Shown here: positions 8,351 to 19,060 of the stretch, piece after piece
Position numbering within the stretch: position 1 is the first letter of the stretch
How the letters are laid out: every line of letters starts with the position of its first letter
Source: Craspedostauros australis
Lineage: Eukaryota
Assembly (NCBI GenBank): GCA_030167865.1
Contig: JALAGF010001235.1
Location: 1-40,647 of the forward strand
Length of the DNA: 40,647 bases
Reading direction: 5' to 3'
Position numbers and translations under genes: made by a program
The notes under the pieces: model-generated
Seen by the model: only the letters and a program-made list of their open reading frames with translations
Database searches by the model: none
Told to the model about the DNA's origin: nothing

Positions 8351-11300
8351 CTCAGAGCGAAGGAATTGCTTTGCCTCATGGCTCAGCGTACCCTGTTGGT
8401 TCGTGTGCGCCCCTGGATCCGTTATGCTCATCGCGTGATTCCGCATGGTGTAGCCTTGGTGCCTGTTTGGCTGTCCCATCAGAGTACCTGTAGTCCTGAG
8501 TGCATGTCCGATGAACGTTTGCAGTGTTTGCAAACCGAAAGTCCGTCTCTTGCGCACGCTCTTCCGTTTCGACCGTCGTAATGGCCGGGCTGTTGGGGGC
8601 AATGAGGCTCCCCTCGAATCCTTGGCGCGGTCAGAGATGTCAGCTACAGGAGTCTCTGGGGTGCGTCGACTTGGACTCGGCGTTGCAGCATCACCCACGG
8701 ATGACGGCTGAGTGTGTTGATGATCGCTGACACCCTTTCGACGAACAGGTTCCTGGAGTCGGGTCTGGGGAAGCGCACTCGATGCTCTTGGGTACCCCTG
8801 TTTAGGTTGGATTGCCTCCGCCCCTGGCTTCCGGTATTTGGCGAGCTTGGTGGAGATGGGTAACCTCTCATGGCTGAGCATCAGTGGAACTTCCGGTTCT
8901 GGGTGCTGTACATCAGGATCCAGCAACTGATTGAAATCAAGGCGCTTGTTCTCCTTGTCAGTCCGAAATGGTCGGACAACGCTTCGTGTCAACACACGCT
9001 GGGTATCATTCGAAAGAATGTAGTACGTGAGAGCATCCCCGACAGAGTGTGCGACGCCAAGCCAATATCCCGTCTTCTCTTTGGGATCCGGAAATGAACT
9101 GTGCGGATCGTGGTAGTACACCTTTTCGTAGAACCTGAAACTGAGGAATGGGGAGATGTCCACGGTTTCACCATGTCTCATGGTCATAGGAATGTTGTAT
9201 CGTAGTGTGACATCAGCTGTGATGTTGTGAACATCTGCAACATATTTGGCAGCATGATACCAGGTTCTTGGTGGTGCTCCAGTGCGATCCAGCATCACGT
9301 GTGTGTGGTGCTTTAGCCACTTCACAGCTCGTAGTTCTGCTGGATTCTGTTGCTGATTGTCCGGTTCAGTGTGTTCTGTTGCGATGTGTAGATCCCGCAA
9401 CACGTTCTTGACTTCAGCGCCCGATTGTTCGTTGGCGTTGTCCATTCGAAAGGCCCATGGGGCGCCTTCGTCACGTAGGAAGTCCTTCACGGCATGGATC
9501 ACATTCTCTTTGGTCCGGAGTCCATATACGTTGATCATATGTGATGACAACCCGAAGAAGACTTGGATGCAGGAGAATCCCTCACCGTACGCTCTTGCAT
9601 TGGCAAAAGCCGTGTCGATTGCAACGACTTCTCGCAGCCGTGGATGTTTCATCCATGAAAATCGGGACTTCAGGTGACGAATCATCGGCCAGCGAATGAC
9701 TGCCTTACAGGATTGGGTTGTTCGTTTGATGGTTTCCTGAACGATTCGGGCGGTTCTCCATCCAAGGTATGGTCGTACACGGTTGATGTCGTTGAGGTTG
9801 TGTTTCGCCGTCATGCGGAATCCGTCCCCATGATGGTCATCAGGGTCCTTCGCATTCGGATGAACGGCTTGGCTTTCGTCTTGCTTGCGCATGGCATCCG
9901 TCAAGTCATCATATCCAGATATTGCTTTGTCTTTTGTTGTGTTGCTGGCTGGCTTCGTGACTTCACTGTGGGATGAAACGGATGACGTTGTGGATCGTGA
10001 TGGTTGTGGCCTGCCATCCTGGTCAACCCATATCTCGTTCGTTTGTGTACATAATGATGTACTACCATCAGGGTTGGCTGTCGTATCTATATGATCATCC
10101 ATAGTCATCCATAGGACATCATGCTGGGATGGCTCCTTCATCGCTTTGATGTGCAGCCCCAAGTCTCCGTCCCCTCTGAACTGTCGTGAGACGAATGCTG
10201 CGTACCCATACGAGTCGAAGTTGAATGCCCCGTTTCGGCCTACCATTTCATCATAGGTGAGGTTGTTGAGGAAGAAGGACACAGGGTCAGTGTCTTGTGC
10301 TTCCATCAGCTCTGCATCGTTGAGATGGTACTCTTTTGTCACATTTGGAGCCATGTATGCTGGATTCCACCGAAGCAGGACCTGTCCTTGTCCTGGCTCA
10401 TCCATCGACATTGCACCATCGGGTGGTTCCTCGAATGGAAACAGCACTTGTGTTGCTCCCGTTAACTGCTCAGGAGTCGTATGCGACCGTGTCATGGTGC
10501 TTGGTGGATCTGGTTTCTTCCGAGCATCAACTGCTGACATCGCTTGGAAGGGCTGTGATACATCTGGTTCGGTGTTGTGCTGCTTGGGATTCCATCCATC
10601 AACAGGCGTTATATCGATCACCCTCAGTGTTTCGATGTCACTCAGTGTTGGCTCGTGAAGATCGAAGGTCATCATGGCACCTCGGATGTCCAGTGGAATC
10701 TTATCGCCTTCTGGTGTGTAGAGTGCTTGTGTTCCGTACGTTGCTGGACTCTGGGAACGTAGATGACAGGTTGGTACCGAATCGACAATGCATTGGCCTT
10801 CGCGGAGTTGATACTCAGAGAGTAGTGTGACAGAGCTTTCGGGGTTATATGCGGCGTCATGTACCCTGATAATCACCCATTCGCCGTCTTCGAGTTGCAC
10901 TTTGGTTTGTGCACTGACCACACGTAGTCCACTTTTCTTCATGGTTGATGGTACTGCTCCCACGATGTTGTATGTTCTGTGGAGATCGCTGGTCATCACG
11001 TCCCAAGCGTTGTTGTTTCCACCCAGAATCGCACATTGTGCGCCGCTGTCGCAGATGGCATAGGACTCATTGCTGTGTTCGTTCTGGTTACACGCAAAAG
11101 ACTGTGATTGTGACACAATCGTAATCGTGGGATCTGATGGTGTGGGACGTCGTGGGGCCAGGTCCATGTCTTCGCTTTTGTTGGGTCCATCGCATATGCG
11201 CACCATGCAGTTGTGCAACCGGTCATTATACATGGCAGCGATGTGTACATACGTGGTCGATGCGTCATCGTCATCGTCGTAGTCCGAGTCATACGATGAT

Positions 11301-13309
11301 CTGGATGCATATGAACCCACCATGGAGTCATCGGATGCACGTTGGTTCTGTTGTGTCGCTTGGGTGTGTCCCACTTGACCGTCGTTGTTTCCGGTGACGG
11401 TTGGGTATTGTCTTGGGAGTGCGTTGGTGGACGTCTCTGCTGGTGGTTGCGTTTGTTTCTGGTTTTGTCGGTTCCGATTGCGGTTTGCTTGTCGTCGGAG
11501 GTACCGAATGACTGTGCGCACGTCTTCGGGAAGACTTCGAAATGTCTCGCTGTCGATGTAGTAGCGATCCCGTTTAGTCCTCTCATGTTCTGCCTCTGCT
11601 GCCATCATGACAACCGCAAAGTACTCCTTGTCTTGTCGAATGGAATCTGGAATGCCGTCAGATGCGTCGGACCCCCCCTGGACCGGCGGTTCGTCAACAA
11701 TGCCTGCCTTGTTGGCACGGGCGTCACCACCAAATCGCCGGTTCACTGGCCGTGCTTTCCTTGCATGCCGCTTGTACACTGCGTTGTCTGCACTGCGTGC
11801 CTCGGCAATGAAGTAGTTGCAGATGTCGTTAAATTGGCTGGGGTCATGTGTCTGGGAGCTCAACCTGACCAACCCGATGTATTCTTGGTTCCCACTGGAA
11901 TTGATGAGCTGGTATAGCCGGTTGGTCTTGGCTTCTTCACGAATGCGGTCATCAGGATGGTTGAGTGCGTTGAGCTGTGTAAATGCGTGCCGTGCGCTCC
12001 GTACAAGCTCATCCAGTGGCTCGTCATGTCGTGCGGTGCGTTGGATGGCTTGATTGATGACGTTGGCTCGCTGTCGTCGTGCCATTGGGTTGTCCGCCAT
12101 CTCGAGCATTGCCATCCACAAGGCAATTCCGTCCTTATTGTTGGAGTCAACAACACATGCCATAGGGGTACCGATGATGCACTGGTGCAGGAAGGAATAC
12201 AGGATGCGAACGTCCTTCCGAACCTGTGAAGCGTTGTAGGGCAGCTTGCTTCCATGCATCTCACTGTAGTAGTATTCCACCGCGTTGGATTTGTGGCGTT
12301 GGTACTGCTGGATGAAGTCAGCATCCACCAAATAATGCATATCGTTCAACGCAAGGTACTCGACGAATGATTCCTTGAACGGTTCGAAACCAAGTTCTTC
12401 GTTGTATGCATACTTGGACGAAATGTGTCGTGGCCGGTTCACCTTTGTGCTGGATGACTTTTGAGAGGACTCGTTGGACAAGCTATGTTGTTCCTCTGCT
12501 GACGGTGGTGCCTGGTCCGGTGTAACTGCTGGTGATGTGATTCGCACTGTTCGAGGGACTGTGCCCCGTTGTCCTCTGGTGCGGGTTGAAGCCATATGTG
12601 TGGGTGCTGAAGCGGGCGGCATCCGACGTGGTGATGGTGTTCGGTCCTTGGCCTTCGCGGATGTGGATGCTGGATCGTCATCATTGGTCTTGCTGGCTGA
12701 TGCATCCATGTCCAGGGCTTCCTGAAGCACTGATGGGTCATCGTCATTGCGCATTCCCATGAGTGTCTTGGTCTTGCCAGTGACAAAGAAGGCCCAATTG
12801 ACTGCCGGTACCTGCTTGATGCCATACAACACCTCGGTGGTGCGACTGTTTAGTTCGTCTTGCTTCTTGAGGGCCCCAAACATAGCGGCGGCGTTCTTCA
12901 AGGGGTGTTTCATGTCCCATCGTTGGAGGTTGTTGTTGGTTATCTTGTTTGGATCGACCGTGAGTTTGTCGCCGTCAACAGTGGCGATGTCGCTGTTGAT
13001 CATGTAATCGCGGAATACGAGAAGGCGTCGAAAATCCGCTGCCAACGATCCCAGCTTCACAGGGAAACGTGCGTGGATAAGGAGAAGAGACATTTCGTGC
13101 CCCCCCAAATCATACACGTCCTGCAGCACTTGCGTGAGGTCGAGTCCTTCCTCTGCATCGCCTTGTGTGAACATGGGCATGACAAGGATGAATGGTTCGC
13201 TGAAACCAATCACTACCTGGAGATATCGGATCGTCGTTGTTGTCTTGTCGGGTGGTGTCTTCGGCATCCGAAACCCGGATGAGGTGACAACCCCTGCGGA
13301 ACCTGACAT
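8339..13309 (-). CDS. Copia gag-pol polyprotein (gag, aspartic protease, integrase), truncated before RT; last codons and stop supplied by the LINE tail
   Basis: First ATG at 13309. Protease YAICDSGA has DSG at 11050-11042. Integrase residues are D (IDT, 9616), D (MDN, 9442) and E (NPAE, 9337), with exact D-35-E spacing. GYWLGVAHSVGDALTYYIL..TRSVVR is typical of diatom copia integrase C-termini. The ORF ends ...FLRSEINK* reading into the antisense of TTATTTATTTAT. Confidence 0.9.
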   Translation of the reverse strand: MSGSAGVVTSSGFRMPKTPPDKTTTTIRYLQVVIGFSEPFILVMPMFTQGDAEEGLDLTQVLQDVYDLGGHEMSLLLIHARFPVKLGSLAADFRRLLVFRDYMINSDIATVDGDKLTVDPNKITNNNLQRWDMKHPLKNAAAMFGALKKQDELNSRTTEVLYGIKQVPAVNWAFFVTGKTKTLMGMRNDDDPSVLQEALDMDASASKTNDDDPASTSAKAKDRTPSPRRMPPASAPTHMASTRTRGQRGTVPRTVRITSPAVTPDQAPPSAEEQHSLSNESSQKSSSTKVNRPRHISSKYAYNEELGFEPFKESFVEYLALNDMHYLVDADFIQQYQRHKSNAVEYYYSEMHGSKLPYNASQVRKDVRILYSFLHQCIIGTPMACVVDSNNKDGIALWMAMLEMADNPMARRQRANVINQAIQRTARHDEPLDELVRSARHAFTQLNALNHPDDRIREEAKTNRLYQLINSSGNQEYIGLVRLSSQTHDPSQFNDICNYFIAEARSADNAVYKRHARKARPVNRRFGGDARANKAGIVDEPPVQGGSDASDGIPDSIRQDKEYFAVVMMAAEAEHERTKRDRYYIDSETFRSLPEDVRTVIRYLRRQANRNRNRQNQKQTQPPAETSTNALPRQYPTVTGNNDGQVGHTQATQQNQRASDDSMVGSYASRSSYDSDYDDDDDASTTYVHIAAMYNDRLHNCMVRICDGPNKSEDMDLAPRRPTPSDPTITIVSQSQSFACNQNEHSNESYAICDSGAQCAILGGNNNAWDVMTSDLHRTYNIVGAVPSTMKKSGLRVVSAQTKVQLEDGEWVIIRVHDAAYNPESSVTLLSEYQLREGQCIVDSVPTCHLRSQSPATYGTQALYTPEGDKIPLDIRGAMMTFDLHEPTLSDIETLRVIDITPVDGWNPKQHNTEPDVSQPFQAMSAVDARKKPDPPSTMTRSHTTPEQLTGATQVLFPFEEPPDGAMSMDEPGQGQVLLRWNPAYMAPNVTKEYHLNDAELMEAQDTDPVSFFLNNLTYDEMVGRNGAFNFDSYGYAAFVSRQFRGDGDLGLHIKAMKEPSQHDVLWMTMDDHIDTTANPDGSTSLCTQTNEIWVDQDGRPQPSRSTTSSVSSHSEVTKPASNTTKDKAISGYDDLTDAMRKQDESQAVHPNAKDPDDHHGDGFRMTAKHNLNDINRVRPYLGWRTARIVQETIKRTTQSCKAVIRWPMIRHLKSRFSWMKHPRLREVVAIDTAFANARAYGEGFSCIQVFFGLSSHMINVYGLRTKENVIHAVKDFLRDEGAPWAFRMDNANEQSGAEVKNVLRDLHIATEHTEPDNQQQNPAELRAVKWLKHHTHVMLDRTGAPPRTWYHAAKYVADVHNITADVTLRYNIPMTMRHGETVDISPFLSFRFYEKVYYHDPHSSFPDPKEKTGYWLGVAHSVGDALTYYILSNDTQRVLTRSVVRPFRTDKENKRLDFNQLLDPDVQHPEPEVPLMLSHERLPISTKLAKYRKPGAEAIQPKQGYPRASSALPQTRLQEPVRRKGVSDHQHTQPSSVGDAATPSPSRRTPETPVADISDRAKDSRGASLPPTARPLRRSKRKSVRKRRTFGLQTLQTFIGHALRTTGTLMGQPNRHQGYTMRNHAMSITDPGAHTNQQGTLSHEAKQFLRSEINK

Positions 13310-14016
13310 GATCACTGTTCTCACCTTCTCCAACTTCGTATACGTTCGAATGTATGACCCCCCTCAACGACGAGCGAACTCTCCCGGATCTGCGCTGTGC
13401 CTCGGTGCCTCTCTCGCTAACGGCGTACGGCAAACGGCGGATGCGCGACGGATAGGTGCAAAGACGGAGCGCGAAAGGTCGTATAAACTATTGGAACGTG
13501 GTGTGTATCGATGATGTGTTCTGTTCTACTTTTGGGATTATGAGCCTAACGCTCCTACTTGTGTTTGTTCCTACTGCTGTTGTTGTCACGACCACTGCCG
13601 TGTATTTGTTTTGTTGTTCTTGTTCTTGTTGTCACCGTCGTTCCTTGCTGTCATTCCATTCGACTCATTTGACTTCATTCCCGTCGCCTACGCTCCAATA
13701 GATACAGGTAGACGAATCCCAAGCGCGAGAAAAAGTGAGCCATTGCTTTCGCAATTTCAGGCATCTCAACATGAAATAAATGGCGACGCTGCAGCAACAC
13801 TTTCCTGACTGGTTCCGGTCTTCATAGCGTGTTATGCTATGCTGCATGATATAACATGATGCACCTGAACGAGAACGACAGGCGGCTTGCCCTATTTCAC
13901 TGTGCACTCGCGCGAGCTGCGTACCACTAACATGGCAATGTCGTGGCAAACAGCATCCGTCTAACCTCAGTTCGTACTTCCACTCGTGGATTGATGATTT
14001 CACGATCGTGACAACA
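8351..14016 (-). mobile_element. Ty1/copia LTR retrotransposon (CoDi-like), 5' part only, interrupted by the LINE; outer boundary uncertain (14016 or 14286)
   Basis: Gag-protease-integrase in copia order on the minus strand. RT and RNase H are absent because the LINE tail abuts the post-integrase linker. Confidence 0.88.
13581..14016 (-). repeat. Candidate 5' LTR of the copia element (436 bp)
   Basis: Bounded by TGTTGTCACGA...TCGTGACAACA: copia-type TGTTG/CAACA termini within a 13-bp perfect inverted repeat (13579-13591 vs 14006-14018), 270 nt upstream of the gag ATG. The second LTR is not in the window and no PBS was recognised. Confidence 0.4.
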
Positions 14017-14797
14017 ACCAAACAAACGAAGCTAATACAGTACTTGAATGTTCACCTCTCATTCGTGTTGGACCAAATTGACCTCATGTCGAAGAGTCAT
14101 TGCAATGTCCCGACGTGTCACAGGAACAGACCGAGATGCCGATGATTTGCGCTTTCGTGTCTTTGTGTCGCATGGGCATCCTTGTTGACATCTTGGTTGA
14201 CTCGCGAGGGCGCTTGTTCCTGGTTTTGTGCCTGTCGCGCGGTCGTGGTTGTTTTGTCGTGTCCTTGGTTGGGTGCGTTGTGTACACCAAAACAGAGCGA
14301 ACAAACACAGCAAAGGACAACACAGAGAGCCACCCCAAAGCCGGATTGACCAACAACACACAGGGAGGCAGACTTCGCCCTCCGCCACGCCGCTCTCGAA
14401 AGCAGCCGACTCCATCGTCAACCCGACGAGGACTCTGATACATTCATACGACTACTCCTCCGGGTACGAGCTATTGCACCAGTACCAATACTCGTCCTTG
14501 GCACGAGGAGACGAACGCGCCACAGCAGACCACACAGTACCCCACACCACACCAGGGCACTGCATCCGAGTCACGCAACAGCCTCCACACCATCATCCAA
14601 CCCCACAACCACCAACTCCCTCCATCAACCGCGTTCCCAAGGAGGTCGGCTGTTCGCTTCCAACTCGATACCTCCGTGACCGCACGCAACAAAGAACCGA
14701 CAACAAAACGCAACCGCCGGCAGCGACATCGCGACGAGCTCAAGCCAAGCACAGAGGCAGCCAGCAAAAGCACAACTCCGCACCGGTCTATTTCAAC

Positions 14798-16696
14798 ATG
14801 AGCGACATCACTTCACGAATTGAGTCTGCCAGACAAAGGGTACGTTCCGATCCAGCACAAGGTGCTCAACTCATGTCAGCAGCAACCAGCCTTCGTTCGC
14901 ATCCCGCTCTCGTCCAACGTCAAATCGCAACAGCCCACCGCGCACCGCCTCCTCCATTGCCGATCGTCATCGCGGTCATCATCGTTGTCGCCGTCCTCGC
15001 CTCTTTGCCCCACACACACACATCGTGTCCGCGTGACAAAAATAGCGACACTGCGTCTGCCAACAAAATGCTTCGGCATGGTTCGGATTCTGTTCTTTGC
15101 AAACGGATGATGATCTCCGACTTCATGGACTCGATTGCGTTGCAATACGGAAATGAATGGATTGGACTACGAAAATGTCGTCCAACCGACTCCACCTTTT
15201 TGTCTGGACGAAACGCAGAACGTGAATGCAGGACATTTTACGCAGTCACACGTTGCGAGGGCAAACACAACACACATGGCGCGATGTGGTGTGGCGTGAT
15301 GTGGGAGGGACAACGAGTTGGAGCAACAGGAGCAGCGCTGTCTTGCAGCAGAAACCATGGCGACAATGACGACAATGGCGACGGCAGGGGATGCCTGCAT
15401 GAGCATGGCCATAACTCTGGCAACAGCGTTCATGTCACTTCGCGCATCGATATAGCTTGCTTGAGAACACTATGGTACCGCGTACTGTGGCAAACAGGCC
15501 ACCTCCTTCTGCTTCTTCCAGCTTCGCCCCTCACCAATCTCCATTCTCTCCATCCCTTTGTCCCTTGCCCTTGCCCTTACCGTCGTCAATCACCGGCAAC
15601 CAATTCATGACCACGATGAATGATGAACTTCGGCCCTGATGGTGGGCAGCTCGGACGCCTCGAGGGGGATCTCAGCGCCACGCTACAGTCAAAACGGGAC
15701 ACCACACTGTCAAAGGCGGCCAAGCATCAGCAGCAGAGTTTGGCGCCAATTCGGATGCCACCCACAGTTAAATCGCGACGCACATTGAAAGGACACTTTG
15801 GAAAGATCACTGCACTGCATTGGGCCTCTGACTCCACCACAGTGGTGTCGGCCAGCCAGGATGGCAACCTCATCCTCTGGAACGCCGTCACTGCCAACAA
15901 GGTGCAGGCCATTCCGCTGAAGAGCAACTACGTCATGAGCGTGGGCATCGAGCAGACAGAAAATCAGATGGTGGCGTGCGGCGGACTGGACAACCTCTGC
16001 ACCTTGTACAAGCTGTCAGAACCAGACAGACCGATCGAGATGGCATCGCATGACGGTTTCATATCTTGCTGTCGATTCCTCAATCCGCAGCAGATCCTCA
16101 CAAGCTCCGGCGATTCCACGGTCTTGAGGTGGGACGTCGCCTCCGGCAGGGTTCTGGACACTTTCGCGGAGCACATGGGGGATGCCATGTACCTGAGCAT
16201 ACGGCCAAATGACAAGAACACCTTCATCTCCTGCAGCGTCGACCGCACAGTTAAGCTGTGGGACGTCCGCACCCCATCCCAATCACAAATGACTTTCACC
16301 GGCCACACGGACGACGTCAACTGCATTGACTTCATGCCGTCCGACAACACCACGTTCGCATCCTGCAGCGAGGATGGTACCGTGCGCATCTTCGACCTGA
16401 GGTCCTACCAGGAGCTCAACAGGTTCGGAGAAGAACGCGCGCCACCGGAATCCATGGGAGGCGGCATCCCCGGCGAGGGCCTCACTTGCATGAGCTTCTC
16501 GCGCAGCGGCCGTCTCATCTTCTGCGGCCACGCCAATGGCTCCGTCCTCGCGTTCGACTCTCTCTCACGCAGCGCCGCCCCAGTCTACACCATCACCAAC
16601 GGCCACGAGAATCACATCTCCTGCATCGGATCATCGCCCAGTGGCGACGGCCTCTGCACCGGATCATGGGATTTCAATTTGCGGATCTGGGCCTAA
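14798..16696 (+). CDS. Heterotrimeric G-protein beta subunit (WD40), join(14798..14839,15650..16696), about 362 aa
   Basis: RRTLKGHFGKITALHW..SASQDG, ACGGLDN, HDGFISCCRF, TSSGDST, GH..DVN and TGSWD..LRIWA are hallmark G-beta WD repeats. Exon 1 (MSDITSRIESARQR) ends at a phase-0 AGG|GTACGT donor. The acceptor GGGCAG|CTC at 15649, preceded by CTGAT, is also phase 0 and restores the N-terminal coiled coil. Confidence 0.93.
14840..15649 (+). other. Predicted intron (810 nt) of the G-beta gene
   Basis: GTACGT donor, CTGAT branch-like motif at 15636-15640, CAG acceptor; phases are compatible. Confidence 0.75.
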
Positions 16697-17630
16697 TCCG
16701 GAGCGACGCGACGCGACACACCACACATGGCCACGCTTTCGCTAACGTGCCACTGTGAAGTGCTGCTACAGCGTGAAGCACGCAAGTACGCATGAGCCGA
16801 TTGGCGTCCACTGCCATCGTGCGCGTACACGCTTGCGTGCATTTCTTTGTTGAATTTGTGTGAATGGATAATGGTGGCAGAAAAGCAGACAAGCAGCACT
16901 GCAGCAACAGTGACAGTAACAGCAGCAGCTGCGTTGGCGCCCGAAGGCATACCAGCGAAGATGCCGTGCAAGATGAGCGACGAATCAGGATAGATCCGCC
17001 GAGGGAGACTTGCTCCATCGTTTTCGAGGCCGGGAGCCTGAATTTAAATTTCTGTACGATAGGAAAGCCTTTCATCCATTGATAATGATGCCTCAGCGAA
17101 GTTGGCTCCGTGGCAGCATAGTAAGGGTGTGAGTATTGGTAGCGAGAGCGGGAGTGTGAGCACGAGTGCAGAGCAGATCTCCGTATCGTACTTCGCGCCG
17201 CGCTTCTCTTGCCTCCCCGCTTCCAGCCTCCTGTTGCTCTCGATCCGATCTTGGGTGCAGTCTTGCTTGTTGCCAATGGAGTGATGCATGCCCAAGGCAA
17301 ATGCCGTGAGCCGTTCGTTGCGAAATAGTCGCATGGGTTGGCAAGAGAAGAGGAGAAAGCCAACGAACCTCGAAGGGATACGGAGGGTGGAAACGACAGT
17401 CAGAGAAGCGATGGCGGCAAGACCAGTGGTTGCATTCTTGTATCGTGGTAGTGGTCGTGTCGAGGTTGTTGCCGTATGCTTCCTGACAGCGGCAGCCGCC
17501 ATCGTGGGCACTGGGATCGCAACTGGAATGGGAATCTTCACAGCACAAGCGAATGGCACGCCATGGACGGCAGCGAATTCTCGCGCGCCGCGAATAGCCG
17601 TTGCCTTGTATTCAGTTCAATACAACAAGG

Positions 17631-17670
17631 CGCAACACAGCGCAACACAGCTCAACACAGCGCAACACGA
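17631..17670 (+). repeat. Tandem 10-mer (CGCAACACAG) x4, imperfect
   Basis: cgcaacacag cgcaacacag ctcaacacag cgcaacacga. Confidence 0.8.
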
Positions 17671-19013
17671 CGCAGCGCAAACGTGGATTCCAGCCCGAGA
17701 ACGGCAATTGCCACAAACCTGATCCACCCCTCTTGGTCGTGATCCACTTCTTCAGCTGCAACAATCGCATTGGTGCCATGGCGCATGTTCCACCTATTCT
17801 GGAGTTCTGTTCCTTATCGAGATCACAGAGCCTTTGGCATTCTCGCTGAGGAACCTGGGGATTGTTCTTCAAGGTTTTTTGCTCTCTGACCAGAGCATGG
17901 GTGCCTCGCCCAAAGCTCTTCTCCTTGAGAGAAGCAACAATCAACATTCTCTCCGGAGACAAGAGACAGAGGACCCAAATAGAGCATGTGCCGATTTATG
18001 AGAAACGCCATTTCGTTCCTGCCTTGTCGGCGCAGCGATTCGTGACCAATTTTTCACCAAGGCGCGAGAGGATGCATGGCATTGACATCTCACAAATTGG
18101 ACATGTTCCTGTAGATGGTGTTGAAGGCCACGAAGAGGCGAATGGCAAGTGACAGGCGTCCATTTGCTGGCCAAGCACTCGTCGCATTCCCACGTCCGCA
18201 GAGAGACGAATTCAATGGTGGGCGTTTGATGCTGCGCGCATCCTCCCATCGGTGCATTGTCAATTGTCCCTGGAAGCAGAAAAGGAGCGTGTGCGGAGGC
18301 GACTTGCCAGGGCCGATCTGTGTCATGTCCTCGATCTCATCGCGCGATGTCGGTACGATGACAAAGTATGACCGTATCACCAGTTACTTGTAGCCTTGGA
18401 GGCGGGTAGAACACAGATATCACAGATAGCCTCAATGACATGATACTCTTGACTGAGTTCTGTTTTCGAGCCGCGTCCTTTGACATTGGCGGGCGCAAGT
18501 ATCAAGCGAAGCAGCTCCGTGCCACCTTCGTGCATACGATTAGAGCGAAGGCAAGAGCAGTCCCCAACGCGTGAGAAGAGATGACGAGCAAGAACTGTAT
18601 GATGCGAGATTGGGGCGGTAGTCAATAACACGTGCATGGTATCAGTGTGGCAGGATACGATCGGGTCGTTGCTGCAAAATAGCAACGTCGCGAGACCATC
18701 TCGCGAAAGCTGTTGATACAGGGCACTCATATCCGCACCCAAGTGATGACACCTTGGCCATGCAAGTATTACGTACCGATTGCGTGGACTGTCCTGCGAG
18801 AAGATGGCCCGGGCGTTTGCGTTTGCTCTTGTTGTTTGGGTTGAACGCATGTGCGATGGGAAACGCCGCAGAGCGTTGGTTGTGGCGTTGTGTGTCGTGG
18901 TTGTCAGCAGCATAAAAAATTGGTCTGTGTTCATCACCAACCAGAATTTGGATTTTTGGCGCGACATTTTCTGCCCACATTTTCGATCCCCAACATCGTT
19001 TTTTGTTTCTCGA

Positions 19014-19060
19014 TCGCCGTCGCCATCGCCATCGCCGTCGCCATCGCCGTTGCCATCACC
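19014..19060 (+). repeat. Hexamer microsatellite (TCGCCR)n
   Basis: tcgccgtcgccatcgccatcgccgtcgccatcgccgttgccatcacc. Confidence 0.8.

Noticed and set aside
13530-13562. tRNA-Met-like stretch on the minus strand (AGTAGGAGCGTTAGGCTCATAATCCC)
   Set aside because: No T-arm (GTTCRA) or acceptor stem, so not a tRNA gene; wrong orientation to be the copia PBS.
1-14016. A single composite element in which the LINE RT/RNase H complements the RT-less copia
   Set aside because: The ORFs are convergent, the LINE has its own tail exactly at the junction, and nested insertion is simpler. Only repeated identical junctions elsewhere in the genome would revive the idea.
17631-17680. Short tandem repeats as a possible CRISPR-like array (also 23301-23397)
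   Set aside because: Units are 5-10 nt, head-to-tail and without spacers, in a eukaryotic context with no cas genes.
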